From contig NC_135252.1 in the NCBI RefSeq assembly GCF_964204865.1, positions 20,398,001 through 20,462,000 of the forward strand: a stretch of DNA of 64,000 bases, written 5' to 3'. Shown here in pieces: positions 38,201-50,452 of the stretch (the first letter of the stretch is position 1; each line of letters starts with the position of its first letter). The notes under the pieces were generated by a model. The model was not told the origin of the DNA. It saw only the letters and a program-made list of their open reading frames with translations, and searched no databases. This DNA is from Styela clava (lineage: Eukaryota). Both the position numbers and the translations under genes were made by a program.

Positions 38201-41200
38201 TAGCTTTTTTCCTAGTCATTCTGACTTGAAATTTACTCGGAAAATGTGCCTCGGTAACTGTCTGGCTTCTGTTGGTTTTGATATTCTAGTCGCTCGTAGA
38301 TGAGACAGCCCGTGCTTAGGGTAACTTCCCGCGAAAGTAAGAAAGACGGCGTCCTCCTAATGCTTCTATAACAAAAGAAGGGTTTTAAGTTTTTGTCACT
38401 ACTAAACATAAGAGTTGAATATTTTTCACGGTAATACGATATACAAGTAATAATTTTATCTCCAGGGAAACCTTCATTTCAAACAAATCGAAGACAAAAG
38501 AGCTGAATTTGAAAGTTTCATTCAAAGTATTGTGACTAAACTGCAAAGCAAAGCTCAGGTAATCATTTCAATACGATTTACATCATGTTAGATTACAGCG
38601 TTTTCCAACCTTTTTTGGTCGCGGACTATTTTCTCACCGACGAAAACCTTTGCGGACTCAACGTGCTTTTATTGCAACCGGACTCTGTGTGAAGAAGTAA
38701 TCAAACCAAACACAACAGAATTTTAACGAATTTCAAATTCGGAAATTCGCCGCAATCAGGCGTTTGTTAAAAGAGCCGACTTTTTTTAGTGTATAAATGG
38801 CCTTTTCTGTCGCACAATATTCAATTCATGACAACGACGACAATTTAAAATGTCTCTCTATTTTTAATTTAATTGTGTTCGTGGTCACTCGCGGTTGCGT
38901 CGACTTGTGATAAGATGAACGCATTACTTTTTTAAAATGCGACGCCAATCTGTGAACATAATAATGTGAGAATATATTGCCCGATTATAATTAGTTTTGA
39001 TACATATTTTTTTGCGATCTTGCAAATTTGTTGTCGCCGTTAGAAAAATCCTACTATCTGCTATAAATTTACAGAAAGTACAACTTGATTTGTAACTTAT
39101 TAAAAATATAATTAAAGTATATCAGTAGATCGAGAAAAAAAAATTTCATCACATTGCTTTAATATTAATTTAATTGTGATCATTTTATTTTAATCTGCGG
39201 TTGTGTTGACGAAATAAAAGCAACACTACTCAAAAATTATCATGACAATCCGTGAGCACAAAAATGCGTGGTGAAGTGCCCGAATATATTTTGTTTTGAT
39301 TCGCATTTTTGTGAATTCGACAAATCTGAGCTATTCGTACAACACTTATGGCGCTCCAGTACTGTACGTACGTACCAATGTGAAGGCAGTAAAGCAAAGA
39401 ATCCTAAGGGAAAATGCTCTGATACGTATACTACGGTAGCACTCGAAATTTTGCGATTTGCAATGTCTAAAAAGCGTTTTTAATCGGTCGCGGACCATCA
39501 TAAAACAAAACTTATGGTGTTCTCCGTTTTATTTTTTAGTATTTTGTTTTGCCGCTTTTCAATTTAGAATATTTAGGTTGCCACCATTGACACCTGCCAA
39601 ATTTTCAAATAGTAAATTGCTATTCTAATAGTTGAATATTCGAGTAAATGCGTAGCCCTATACTCAGTATCCAGTAATTATTGGCTCGATTAATGTTATG
39701 TGAATAAACTTGCTTTTTATGTTTTATGTAAATTCTAACGTAAATCGTAACTTGGCTGATGGTTAAGTTTCGCAAAAACGTTTGGGGCCGCAGTGAATTT
39801 CTGGCTTGTTGCGGACTCATTCAAACGCTCCGCGGACTCAGTTGAGACCCCGGATTCGGGTTGAGAAACAATGTGTTAGCATGATTCAATATCGATTTAT
39901 ATATCTAAGTTTTGTTTATACTATAATAATTATATCTTATAAAAAATATATTAAAAAAAATGTATTTCCTAAAAGATTATTTTTAAAGTTCATGGTCAAT
40001 TACCTCATAATAAGATTTGCTCGGATTTTCTAGATGTGAAACCATGCATATATACTTTTTAAATTCATCTAATCGTTCATTCATTCTTGTTCTAATTTAT
40101 CTCTTTTTGCTTCCTCCCATGCGTGTGATCCACTCACACAAATATAGGAGTTGTCTAACTGTTATGTTTCACAAAATAATATTCCATTTACGAGAAAACC
40201 AGCTGAATATTATTGTTATTCACTTTTTATTTAGATGGCTGCAGATAAGATAAAACAAGAGAGAAGAAAAAAGTGGGATGAAGCAAACAGAAACCTTCGG
40301 AAAACGTTAGATTCAGTTCGTACGCAAATAACGAACAGACATCTCGGCAAAGATTTTTCTCAATACATCGAAAACATAAAACGTACTTGTAACCAAGTCG
40401 AAGATTGGCTTCAAAAGAGTCAAGTAAGCGTGACAATTGTAAATTATATCTGCCATGAAACATTATGTTCTTTCAAATACATAGTGACTCTCTTCCTATC
40501 AGTGGGTGGTCACCTAGTGCTTTGTTTAAAAAGCAAAGTTTTCTCATTAAATAATACACTTCAGTGAGCGCCATTTAACTTTGCACAAGAAAGCAGTCTC
40601 TTTTTCTTCTAAGTGAGTGAGCAAAACCGTGCTTTGGGCAAATTTTCAAACAAAGGTAAATTTTGTATTAAACTGCTAAAATTAAATTTAAAGATTAGAA
40701 CACTTGGCGGTGATTGAATCAGCACATTTAAAACGTTTTGTTGCTTCAGGGTAAGTATACACAATTACAACATTTTTCAGAAAACCATCACTGTAGAAGA
40801 ACTAGAATCAAAAGTTATTGAAGTGGAGGCGACTCTTAAAAACTTTTGGAGTGGATTAAAACAAGAGATACAGGTGAATGTCTAGGAGGGTGGTTGGAGA
40901 CGGTTCAATGTTTTATGCAACAATGCTTTGCATCCACGCAGATTCTTGCAGTACTAGTGCTTGCTATCCTATCAGCATGTACAACTAACAATAGTGATTC
41001 CAGATCTAAAGATCCACCATTTGTCTTTTTCAAGCAATAAAAATGACATCTAAGTCTTTTTCGATATATCAAATTACTTATTTTAGGCATCTCAATCGTT
41101 AACCGAATCTTTTTACTCTTTAGCAATTCTTACTTTAATCGAACATCCATTTTTGGTTATGGCATTACTCACTACCCATTACTCATCCCACTCGTTATCC

Positions 41201-44200
41201 GCGTTACGTTATACGCTTTATTATCCTCATTAAGATTCCAGAACAAGTGTTAAAAACACTCAAAAATTCAGTTGTTTTCTGATGTACAAACCAGGTCATC
41301 GAAGCAGATAAGCAACAGCAAGCAAATAAAGAAAGAAAACTGACTGAAACTCGTCATAATCTCATGGGGTATCTAGATTCAATTCGTCAGATGTGCGAAT
41401 CAGAACAAATTGCTGAAACTGAATATGCAGATAAACTAAGTGGCCTATGCAATGAAACTGAAGAATGGCTCAAATCTGAAGTGAGTCTCAGCATTGCTTA
41501 AATTAAGACGATTTGTTCATGCCAATTTCTCATCATAAAATACTCTTATAGTTGGATACATGGTTTACATATGCATCGTTTTTCCCAATTCTTGTTGTAG
41601 TGTTTTTTGTTATGTAGTTATCACTGAAGTATGTGTTGTGAGTGTTGGAAATAAATCTTTTTACCCAATTAAAAGGTGATTACATTTTGAATGGGAAACT
41701 TTCTCTGTGACGAGATATTTCGCTGAAAAATTTACCGTTTTATTTAATTAGAGGAGAACACTTTGTATTCTGCGTTGCCATACCGCCCTTGCAATGCTTG
41801 CACCCTCAGATCTTTTTAACAAATTTTTATCAGGCCTTGCAGTGGAGTAGAGTGTACCGAGGTCCGACATATGTGTCAGCATGTTTGAACATTGCTCTCT
41901 CGTTTACTTCTAATTTTTTTTAAGCAGAATCTTTAGTTCTGTCGTTTTCAAGATTTTGAATGTGATAAAACGATTGCTAACTGTGACTACTTTAACAGGG
42001 GATATCAGCAGAATCGATCCAAACTAAGCACGAGGAGTTGCAAGCTACTGTGCAAGGAATCAAACAAAGTATAAGCAAAATGAAACAGGTTTGTCAATAC
42101 TCTTATTTGAAGATATATTATACGACTTGGAACAATTCTTCATCTCTGACATATTATATTATTGTATGTACATTTTCATGGATAAATAAGTTGATTGTGG
42201 CTGGATGGGTTTTATGCGCATATCAGTGATCGGAGTCGTTTTTCGTTTCTATTTGTATCGGACGTCTTCTGGATATCCAAGACCCCTCAACATACTTTGA
42301 CATATACTTTTTTTATTGTTGATTGTTGTTCGATTTTTTATGCTATTCTCAATTATTGTTAGGCCTAATAACGTATTTTGCTGTTCAGTAACCAGTATTT
42401 GTTTTCCTTCAGCCCTAAAGCCATTTTTACTTTTTTGTAATCTTTATTCACAAAGTGTATTTATGTATGGTGGAAAAATAAATTCCTGATTAGTGGCATA
42501 TATTTCCAAAGGAAAAAGAAGCAGAAGAAAATCTTCGACAAAAAGCATTCGACAATATGTGGAATTATATCGACGAAGTTCAAACAAAGATCGCAACTGA
42601 TGTGGAAAACGATGAGTTTACGAGACCGCATATCAATAGGATTACAGAAAGCTGCGAAATAGTATTGGAGTGGGTTAAAAAAAATTATGTGAGTTCGAAA
42701 TTTATACAATATGATATATAACACCCCTTAAAATAAAATGGTGCTTGGGTTAGACTTTGGTCACCTTTATCAAATACTCACGGTAAGTAATCTAAACAAA
42801 ATATGAGAGATTGGGAAGCCACTCATATTTATTTTGTGTTAGCTTACTAAAACAAAATGGCGAGTTCCAACAAAAGCAAGTATAATAATTTTAGGAGTAG
42901 CAGGTAGCCACTTACTATTGTTTAGGGGAATCAAGTCATTGACTGTACTTGAGCCATCTTTTAAGGACTTACGTTTACTCGACCTGAGTCATCGAAATTA
43001 ATGGATTGAAAGTTCAAAGTGCCCTTATATCCACTCATTTTATTATTGTTTATTCATCTACCTATGACTTGGAATCGACCTGTGACTTGATTTGCGACTT
43101 ATGATTTGGCTGCGGCTGTGACCGTGTATTGCGCTGTGACACGTGCTTGAATTCTAACATTTGCTGGAACTTATACTTAAGTCGAAACTCAGGTGACTCG
43201 GAACTCGATTTGACTTTCGACTCGGGGTTGAGGACCTGACTCAACACTTGGAAACTACGGATATACTGATTGTTAATAGATGTTGGTGGATGCAACTCTT
43301 TAACGGAGAATCTATGGTTTTTAAAAATAAAAACACCTCAGTAGAAGTAATGCGGAAATTTTTGCGGATATTTCTATTTTAGTATTTATTATGACATTAT
43401 TTGCTTAGAGGCTAAAATTTTTTTCAAATTTTATGCTATTAAACTCTATAACTTGTTGTATACTTTCCAAGGATCGAATTACATTCGATACCATTATATC
43501 AGAGCAGCGTAATCTACGAACAACGATTGAGGATATTTATGATAAAATGCAAGCAAGCAAAACTGAGGTAAGATAAAACTATGGGAATTGCATTCGAAAT
43601 TTTAATATAGAATTTACGTGCAACGAAGCTTGCAACTTTGGACGTATGTCGTTACATATAAATTAGAATCACTCGCATATAATGCATAAAAATACCCTAT
43701 TTGCACAAAAAATGAAGTTTACTCATTCTGGTTCTGAGTTTTCGTTTTTACATGTTTCACATTAATATATAGCACATGGGATGTGAGGCTGAATATGGGG
43801 TTTCAATTGAAAAATTTGAAAAGGGGATGCACTAGGTGCTAATACCAGAAAGAAAATTTCTGATTCGCAAAGCGGGAATGATTCAATATTACTTTTTCAA
43901 AGCACCTTTTTGATCTACCCCTTCATTTATTTTTCAGGCAGAAGAAATATTTCGACAGCAAGCCCTAACTGCTGTACATCATTACATTGACGATGTTTGT
44001 AAAAGTCTGGAAGCTGAAAGAGAAACGGACAAAACAATCGTCCAGTGCATTGATACAATATACAAGCATTGCACGAATGTATTCAAATGGACTAATGAAA
44101 ATTACGTAAGTCAGTCGCGCAAGGAAATTCGACTCACGGTGACCAAGTGAACTCGTCGATTAAGTACACCGTATTTTACACCGATTCGTAGTAATCGACA

Positions 44201-47200
44201 TCCTAGAGCTTTCTATGTAGGCGTACTTTTTAGCTTCATCAAATTCTAAGTTTGGGCTATGTAACAGAAAGTGTACTGGATTTCGTTGGTTCAAATTGAA
44301 CGCATTATCACTGTAATTATTCCGTCCCATTCAAAACCTACAAAAAGATATGATTCAGTTGACAAATTACTTTATTTATAATATCGATATTAAATTGTTT
44401 TCAGCATCAAATCACTGGCGGAAGAATTTTATCAGAATTTGATAACTTACAGAAAAATGTCAATGATATTTTTAATGTGTTACAAGCCAGAAAAATAGAG
44501 GTGAGATTTTCCTATCGATGGTATTCGAATGTCTTGCACCATACCTGCATATTTACGAGAGCAGTAATTTTGTGCGAGAACCTTAATTTCCGAATATAGG
44601 TTTAAAGATTTATGACCAGAAGTAATTCAATTTCATGGTACGTTTTGGGTCAAGATAGGTGTAAAACTGAGAAAGTACTTACCGTAGAGCCGAGTAAAGA
44701 CAGTCGAATTTATACCGAAATATTATATTATTTGAAAAATGTACTCAAACTAAATTGGTCGCAGAGTAGGAAAACAACATTCTGACCATATTTTATCTAC
44801 TAAAATAATTGCATATCTTTTTTCTAAAGTAAAGTATTTATCAGCAATTATTATTTTATCAATAACTATGCCCTTAACTATAAGTTGAATGTGACTCTTC
44901 GGAGCAAAACTCTAAATCAAATATTGCTAAGGTTCTTTTTGAAGTATTTTTAGTTATATATCTATCAACTATTCATTTTATGTAAAAACTCAATGAAGTT
45001 ATATTTCCTACAAGGCCGAAGCTGAGCGTGAACGACAGCGGGCAGAAACGATTAGAAAGCGCGCGGAAGTAATCAACAATCTCCGAGCCCACATTTCCGA
45101 GGTCAGATCGAGAGTTGTATTCAAAAAGTTCAAGAACAGATTGACTGAAGAAGATTTGAGATTGATATTTAGTCAATGTAACATTGCAGAAAGACATATC
45201 GAGGTGAATATCGCGTTGCCTATGTTGGTATTAAAGGTTAAAATCTTAATTGAAATGCCATATCAACATACTAACCCAGTGTGTAACAAATTGGCTAAAA
45301 ATGTCAAAACTGTATTAGTCTATTAACATATTAGCTTATGTCACATTCTAAGGTTTTGAGAAAATTGCATTTTTGTGGTAGTTAAATAAAAACCTACCTT
45401 AAATAATTTACCTAAAATAAGTTACCTAAAATAAAAACTAAAAGGTCCAGGTTTGTAACCCCAAAATGGTCTATAAATACATAAATTCAGATAATTTCTA
45501 AAAAATATGACTTGAGCTCCTTTGATTCTACTCGATTGGTGTTGTAAATAATTTAATTGTTGTTCAGGAAAATTCAGATACGATCCAACTGGAAGTCCAA
45601 TATTTGGATATAAGCAAAATGACTGAAGATGTGTACAAAAAGTTAAAAAGAATTGACACGGTGGGGTGAATATTTTAAAATGTATTCCCTTTTGAAGCTT
45701 GCTACATTTGGACTTAGTTTCGTCAATTTTACTTTTCGTAGACCTGTCTGTTACTTTTAATATTATAACGTTTTTTCTTCCCGTTGTATATATGATAAAA
45801 TATAGACAATATTATTTAAATTATTATTTTTTCAATCATTACTGATTATGAATATTAAATGTTTTTAGTTAGAAAAGGCTGAGGTGGCAAGGAGGCAAGC
45901 CGAAGAGCAAAGAAAGAAAGATGATATGTCTCAAAAAGTGAAGAGTTACATCGACCGTGTCCAACGTCTTACTGTGTTTGAGCCTCTCACGTCTAGATTG
46001 ACAAAAAACGATGAAGCTCGAATTCAATCTGAATGCATCAAAGCAAATCAGTTTTTAATTGCGGTACACGAACCTATTTGCTCAGAATCTTAAAATATCT
46101 AAAAAGGGTTTAAGCGTAATGTTGTGACGTCCAATATGGCCACATACGTTGGGACAAGTCATACAAAATTAGATTCTTTACTGGAATATTTTCAAGTCAT
46201 TGTAGAAAATACCGCTAGTGTCAGTATTTGGCCTAAAGTTAGTTTTTCACCGTGTGGTTTTCATCACCAATATTCTGTCAAATATAATAAAACGTTTATT
46301 CATCTAATAGGAAAACTTGACTTCTGCTGAAATTGAAAAAAAGTGTAGAGAACTAGAGGAATATGTTCAAATTATTTACAAGAAGTCGAAAACATGGGAA
46401 GAGGTATTTGATCTAGTTGTTGCTTGTTTTTTTTTTCCAAAATCAGTTCATGTGTTATATGTAATGTATATTATATCTTCAATCAAAAAAATGAATTTTT
46501 TTGAAATGCAAATGAGTTTAATATTCACGACTTATTAACCTGTAGAGTAGAGTTTTGTTTTCTCAAAATTTATACATATTCGCTACTTTCGAAATTTTTC
46601 TATGATTTTGTAATTTCGCTTTTAATGAGGATATATATGCGAATCCAATCGGACATAGAATCTTGTTTTATGAGAATGGATTTGACGTGATTCGTTCGAA
46701 TTTGATGAATTACAGAAAACTCTCATGATATTTTTAATGCGTTACGGGCCAGAAAAATAGAGGCGAGATTTTACTATCTACGGTATTTGAATGTCTTGCA
46801 CCATACCTGTAAATTCATTGGAGCAGTACTTATGTGGGAGAACTTTATTTCCGAATATATGTTTAAATATTTATTACTGGGTGTAATTTAATTTCTTGGT
46901 ACGTTCTGGGTCAAGATAGGTGTAATTGTGAGGAAGTTGTTACTGTAGAGCAGAGTAAAGTCAGTCAAATTATACCGAAATATTATCTGATTGGGAAAAT
47001 GCACCCAAGCTAAATTGGTCGCAGAGTAGGGAAACAACATTCTGGCCATACTTAATCTACTAAAATAATTGCATACCTTTTTTTTAAAGTAAAGTATTTA
47101 TCACCAATTATTATTTTCCAAATAACTATGCCATTAACTAATAATTGAATGTTACTTTTCTCAGCAAAACTCCAAATTAAATGTAGCTGAGGTTCTTACT

Positions 47201-50200
47201 AAATTATTCCTAGCTATATTTATATCAACTAGCCATTTTTAAAAAACAATGAAATTTAATTTCGGGAAAGGTCGAAGCTGAGCGTGAACGAGAGCGGGCA
47301 GAAACGATTAGAAAACGCGCGGAAGTAATCAACAATCTTCGAGCATACATTTCTGATGTCAAATCGCTGGTTGTATTCAAACAGTTCAAGAACAGATTGA
47401 CTGAAGAAGATTTTAGATTGATATTTAGTCAATGTAACATCGCAGAAAGACATATCAGGGTGAATATCGCGTTATTGTTCCATCTTATACTTCACTATGA
47501 CTTTGCACTATACGAGCAGCTGTTACTTTGTAGTTAGAGGACGTGACTATGTTGGTATTAAAGGTTGAAATCTTTATTGAAATGCCATATCAACATACTA
47601 ACCCAGTGTGTAATAAATTGGCTAAAAAATATCAAAACTGTATTAGTCTATTAACATATTAGCTTATGTCACATTCTAAGGTATTGAGAAAATCGCATTT
47701 TTGTGATAGTTAAATAAAAACCTACCTTAACTAATTTACCTAAAATAAGTTACCTAAAATAAAAACTAAAAGGTCCAGGTTTGTAACCCCAAAATGGTTT
47801 ATAAATACATAAATCAGACCATTTCTAAAAAATATGACTTGAGCTCCTTTGTTTCTACTTGATTGGTGTTGTAAATTATTTAATTGTTTTTTTTTTGTTA
47901 TTTTTGTTCAGGAAAATTCAGATACGATCCAACTGGAAGTCCAATATTTGGATATACGCAAAATGACTGAACATGTGTACAAAAAGTTGGAAAGAATTGA
48001 CACGGTGGGGTGATTATTCTAAAATGTAATTCCTTTTGAAGCTTGCTACATTTGTACTTAGTTTCGTCAATTTTACTTTTCGTAGACCTGTCTGTTACTT
48101 TTAATATTATAACTTTTTTTCTTCTCGTTGTATATATGATAAAATATAGACAATATTATTTAAATTATTATTTTTTCAATCATTACTGATTATGAATATT
48201 AAATGTTTTTAGTTAGAAAAGGCTGAGGTGGCAAGGAGGCAAGCTGAAGAGCGAATAAAGAAAGCTGAAATGTCTCAAAAACTGAAGAATTACATCGACC
48301 GTGTCCAACGTCTTACTGTGTTTGAGCCTCTCACGTCTAGATTGACAAAACACGATGAGGATCGAATTCAATCTGAATGCATCAAAGCAAATCAGTTTTT
48401 AATTGCGGTACACAAACCTATTTGCTCAGAATCTTAAAATATCAAAAAAGGGTTTAAGCGTAATGTTGTGACGTCCAATATGGCCACATACGTTCGGAAG
48501 TCATACAAAATTAGATTCTTAACTGGAATATTTTTAAGTCATTGTAGAAAATACCGCTATTGTCAGTATTTGGCCTAAAGTTAGTTTTTCACCGTGTGGT
48601 TTTTATCACCAATATTCTGTCAAATATAATAAAACGTTTATTCACCTAATAGGAAAACTTGACTTCTGCTGAAATTGAAAAAAAGTGTAGAGAACTAGAG
48701 GAATATGTTCAAATTATTTACAAGAAGTTGGAAACAAGGGAGGAGGTATTTGATCTAGTTGTTGCTTGTTTATTCCAAAATTAGTTCATGTGTTATATGT
48801 AATGTATATTATATCTTCGATCAAAAAAATGAATTTTTTTGAAATTCAATTGAGTTTATTATTCACGACTTTTTAACCTGTAGAGTAGATCTTTTGTTTT
48901 CTCAAAATTTATACATATTCGCTACTTTCCAAATTTTTCTATAATTTCGTAATTTTGCTATTAATGAGAATATATCTGCGAATCCAATCGGACATAGAAT
49001 CTTGTTTTATGGGAATGGATTTGACGTGATTGTTCGCTAAAATTTAGTGATTGAGATGTTAGCTTGTTCGTCCGTTTTTTGTGTAAATCCTCCAACATAT
49101 AGCTGTGTCCTTCACAGTATTGTTCAAACCTTTTCAAGTAAAGCGGTGTTACTGATCTACTGATTCTAAAAATAAGGCTATACGTAAAATTCTTAGTGCT
49201 CCAGTCTTTACATAATAACTCTTCTATCAGTAATCTTTCGGTATTTGGTTGATGGCTCTGGATCTCGCTTTGAGCAGTTTAACATAAAAGTATTATTTTA
49301 GAAGTTTCTTTTTAAAATTTCCAGATAGCAATCAAATGCAAAGATGATTTAACAGAATGGAACAACGCTGAGGAGAGCTTATCTAAGTGCATAAATTACT
49401 GGAAACAGTTAGTTATTCACAACAGAGGAAAAGATAAAATAACGGATAAGTATTTCAACAAAATAGTTGAGATGTACACGGATGCTGAGAATTGGTTTCT
49501 GGTTTCCTATGTATGTATAGGACACGTTCTTTTTTAATATAAAATAATATTAACATTAATATTTTATTATCAATGTTAAAGTTGCAAAGCAACTGTTCTA
49601 GCTTTTATGAATTTTAAACAAAAATAGACGCAGTTTTTTTATTCTTATTTTAGAAAAATATTTCGCAGAAAGAACTTAGAGATAAACGTGAGGACTTAGA
49701 AACAGTTGCTTCTAAAATTTTAAAGAGTATGCAAGATGAGAAACAGGTGACAACTTAATTATAATAATTCTGTGAATATGACACCTTAGTCTTTATACTA
49801 TATATAATTCGTTTCGTGTATTAGGTCCTTCAGCACATCATTTTATGGTCAACGTCTGTTTATGACCGAGTTTTACAGATACTCGTGAAAGTTCGTTTCA
49901 ATTTCAAAGATCAAATTAACAAAAGAAAATATTTAAAATTAGACATGTGACAGCATGTCTCTTGTAACATTTTAATTCAATCAGAATAAGAAAGAAATAT
50001 TTTGATATTGATATTTTTTTTTCATCGAAATGAGTCGTTTTTTATATTGTTCGTAATCACAGAAACGTGATCGAAAAATAGTCAGAGAAGCCGATGAATG
50101 TCGAATGTTTATCAGTCGTGTCAGATCCTTTGCTGTTTTTGGAGAACAACGAAACAAACTCACGTCAGAGGATATAAAGTCAATAACAAGAAAATGTAAT

Positions 50201-50452
50201 GAATTAAAAGGATGGCTTAGTTCATACCCAGTGAGAAATTTTTCTAATTCTTAGGTTAAATATTTCTCTTCATATATTTATTTTTCTGTTTCTACTGACA
50301 TCAATTTTAAATATCACACTTTGCATGAAACTTAAAAAAAGAAATAAAATTATTTTTAGATTACTGAGGATGAAATAGAGAAACAAAGAACGGAATTAAT
50401 AGAGTTTGTAGAAAGATTGAGAAACCGAATAAAAAAAGAACAACAAGTATAG
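23284..50452 (+). CDS. giant protein of 22 tandem HSP70 C-terminal lid (SBD-alpha)-like helical repeats, ~2070 aa, 45 coding exons (copy 2, apparently complete)
   Basis: Leader 23284-23376 (MANRKPKCQEQDNPAIYPECDHVQDCPGDDE). A/B exon pairs, all lengths multiples of 3 and stop-free: 24619-24798/25165-25257; 25631-25813/26022-26114; 26397-26585/26903-26995; 27366-27557/27984-28067; 28360-28545/28895-28987; 29906-30085/30511-30603; 30914-31102/31459-31551; 31758-31946/33962-34054; 34677-34868/35050-35142; 35365-35553/36162-36254; 36591-36788/37314-37406; 37916-38086/38466-38558; 40235-40423/40781-40873; 41295-41480/41999-42088; 42512-42688/43472-43567; 43938-44105/44405-44500; 45015-45203/45568-45660; 45869-46063/46311-46403; 47271-47459/47912-48004; 48213-48407/48653-48745; 49325-49510/49654-49746; 50063-50230/50360-50446, then GTA TAG. 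The first A-exon acceptor and the 3' end are the least certain parts. Confidence 0.85.
23418..23616 (-). mobile_element. MITE, inverted copy of the 26639 family
   Basis: Reverse-complement similarity to 26639-26852 (tggtacacacactacggg terminus; ORF fragments KIG/EIKLWP..VHTLR). Confidence 0.65.
26639..26852. mobile_element. MITE with long imperfect TIRs
   Basis: cccgtagtgtgtgtacca...tggtacatacacttctggg; flanking direct repeat caaaattg. Confidence 0.7.
29081..29378 (+). mobile_element. Helentron-associated / DINE-1-like element in an intron
   Basis: Near-identical to 16973-17260. Confidence 0.75.
32155..33762. mobile_element. 1.6 kb non-autonomous hAT-like element
   Basis: TIR taggcttgcacg...cgtgcaaggcta; TSD atactaag/atactgag; aattacgg subterminal arrays. 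Absent from the paralogous intron 31103-31458. Confidence 0.85.
35818..36050. mobile_element. palindromic MITE (possibly two nested related MITEs)
   Basis: Inner ~38-bp inverted repeat ccggtacgtagtatgtgtaccaggtcagggttaggcca / tggcctaaccctgacctggtacacatactacgttccgg; outer agtatgtgaa/ttcacatact. Confidence 0.75.
38596..39873. mobile_element. older hAT-type non-autonomous element
   Basis: Ends cagcgttttccaacc...ggttgagaaacaatg; gcggact subterminal repeats; TSD degraded. Confidence 0.7.
42924..43275. repeat. degenerate DNA-transposon remnant with gact(t/c)g repeats
   Basis: Arrays of gacttg/gactcg; no clear TSD. Confidence 0.4.
46697..49030 (+). repeat. internal ~2.3 kb tandem duplication of a two-module block (source ~44435-46690; copy-1 equivalent ~3577-5910)
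   Basis: Exons and introns of modules 19-20 are close copies of modules 17-18; the block starts with a headless half of exon B16. Confidence 0.9.

Noticed and set aside
23284-50452. Calling the gene a canonical HSP70/HSP110
   Set aside because: No ATPase motifs (e.g. GIDLGTT), no SBD-beta and no EEVD are seen in the window; only lid-like modules.
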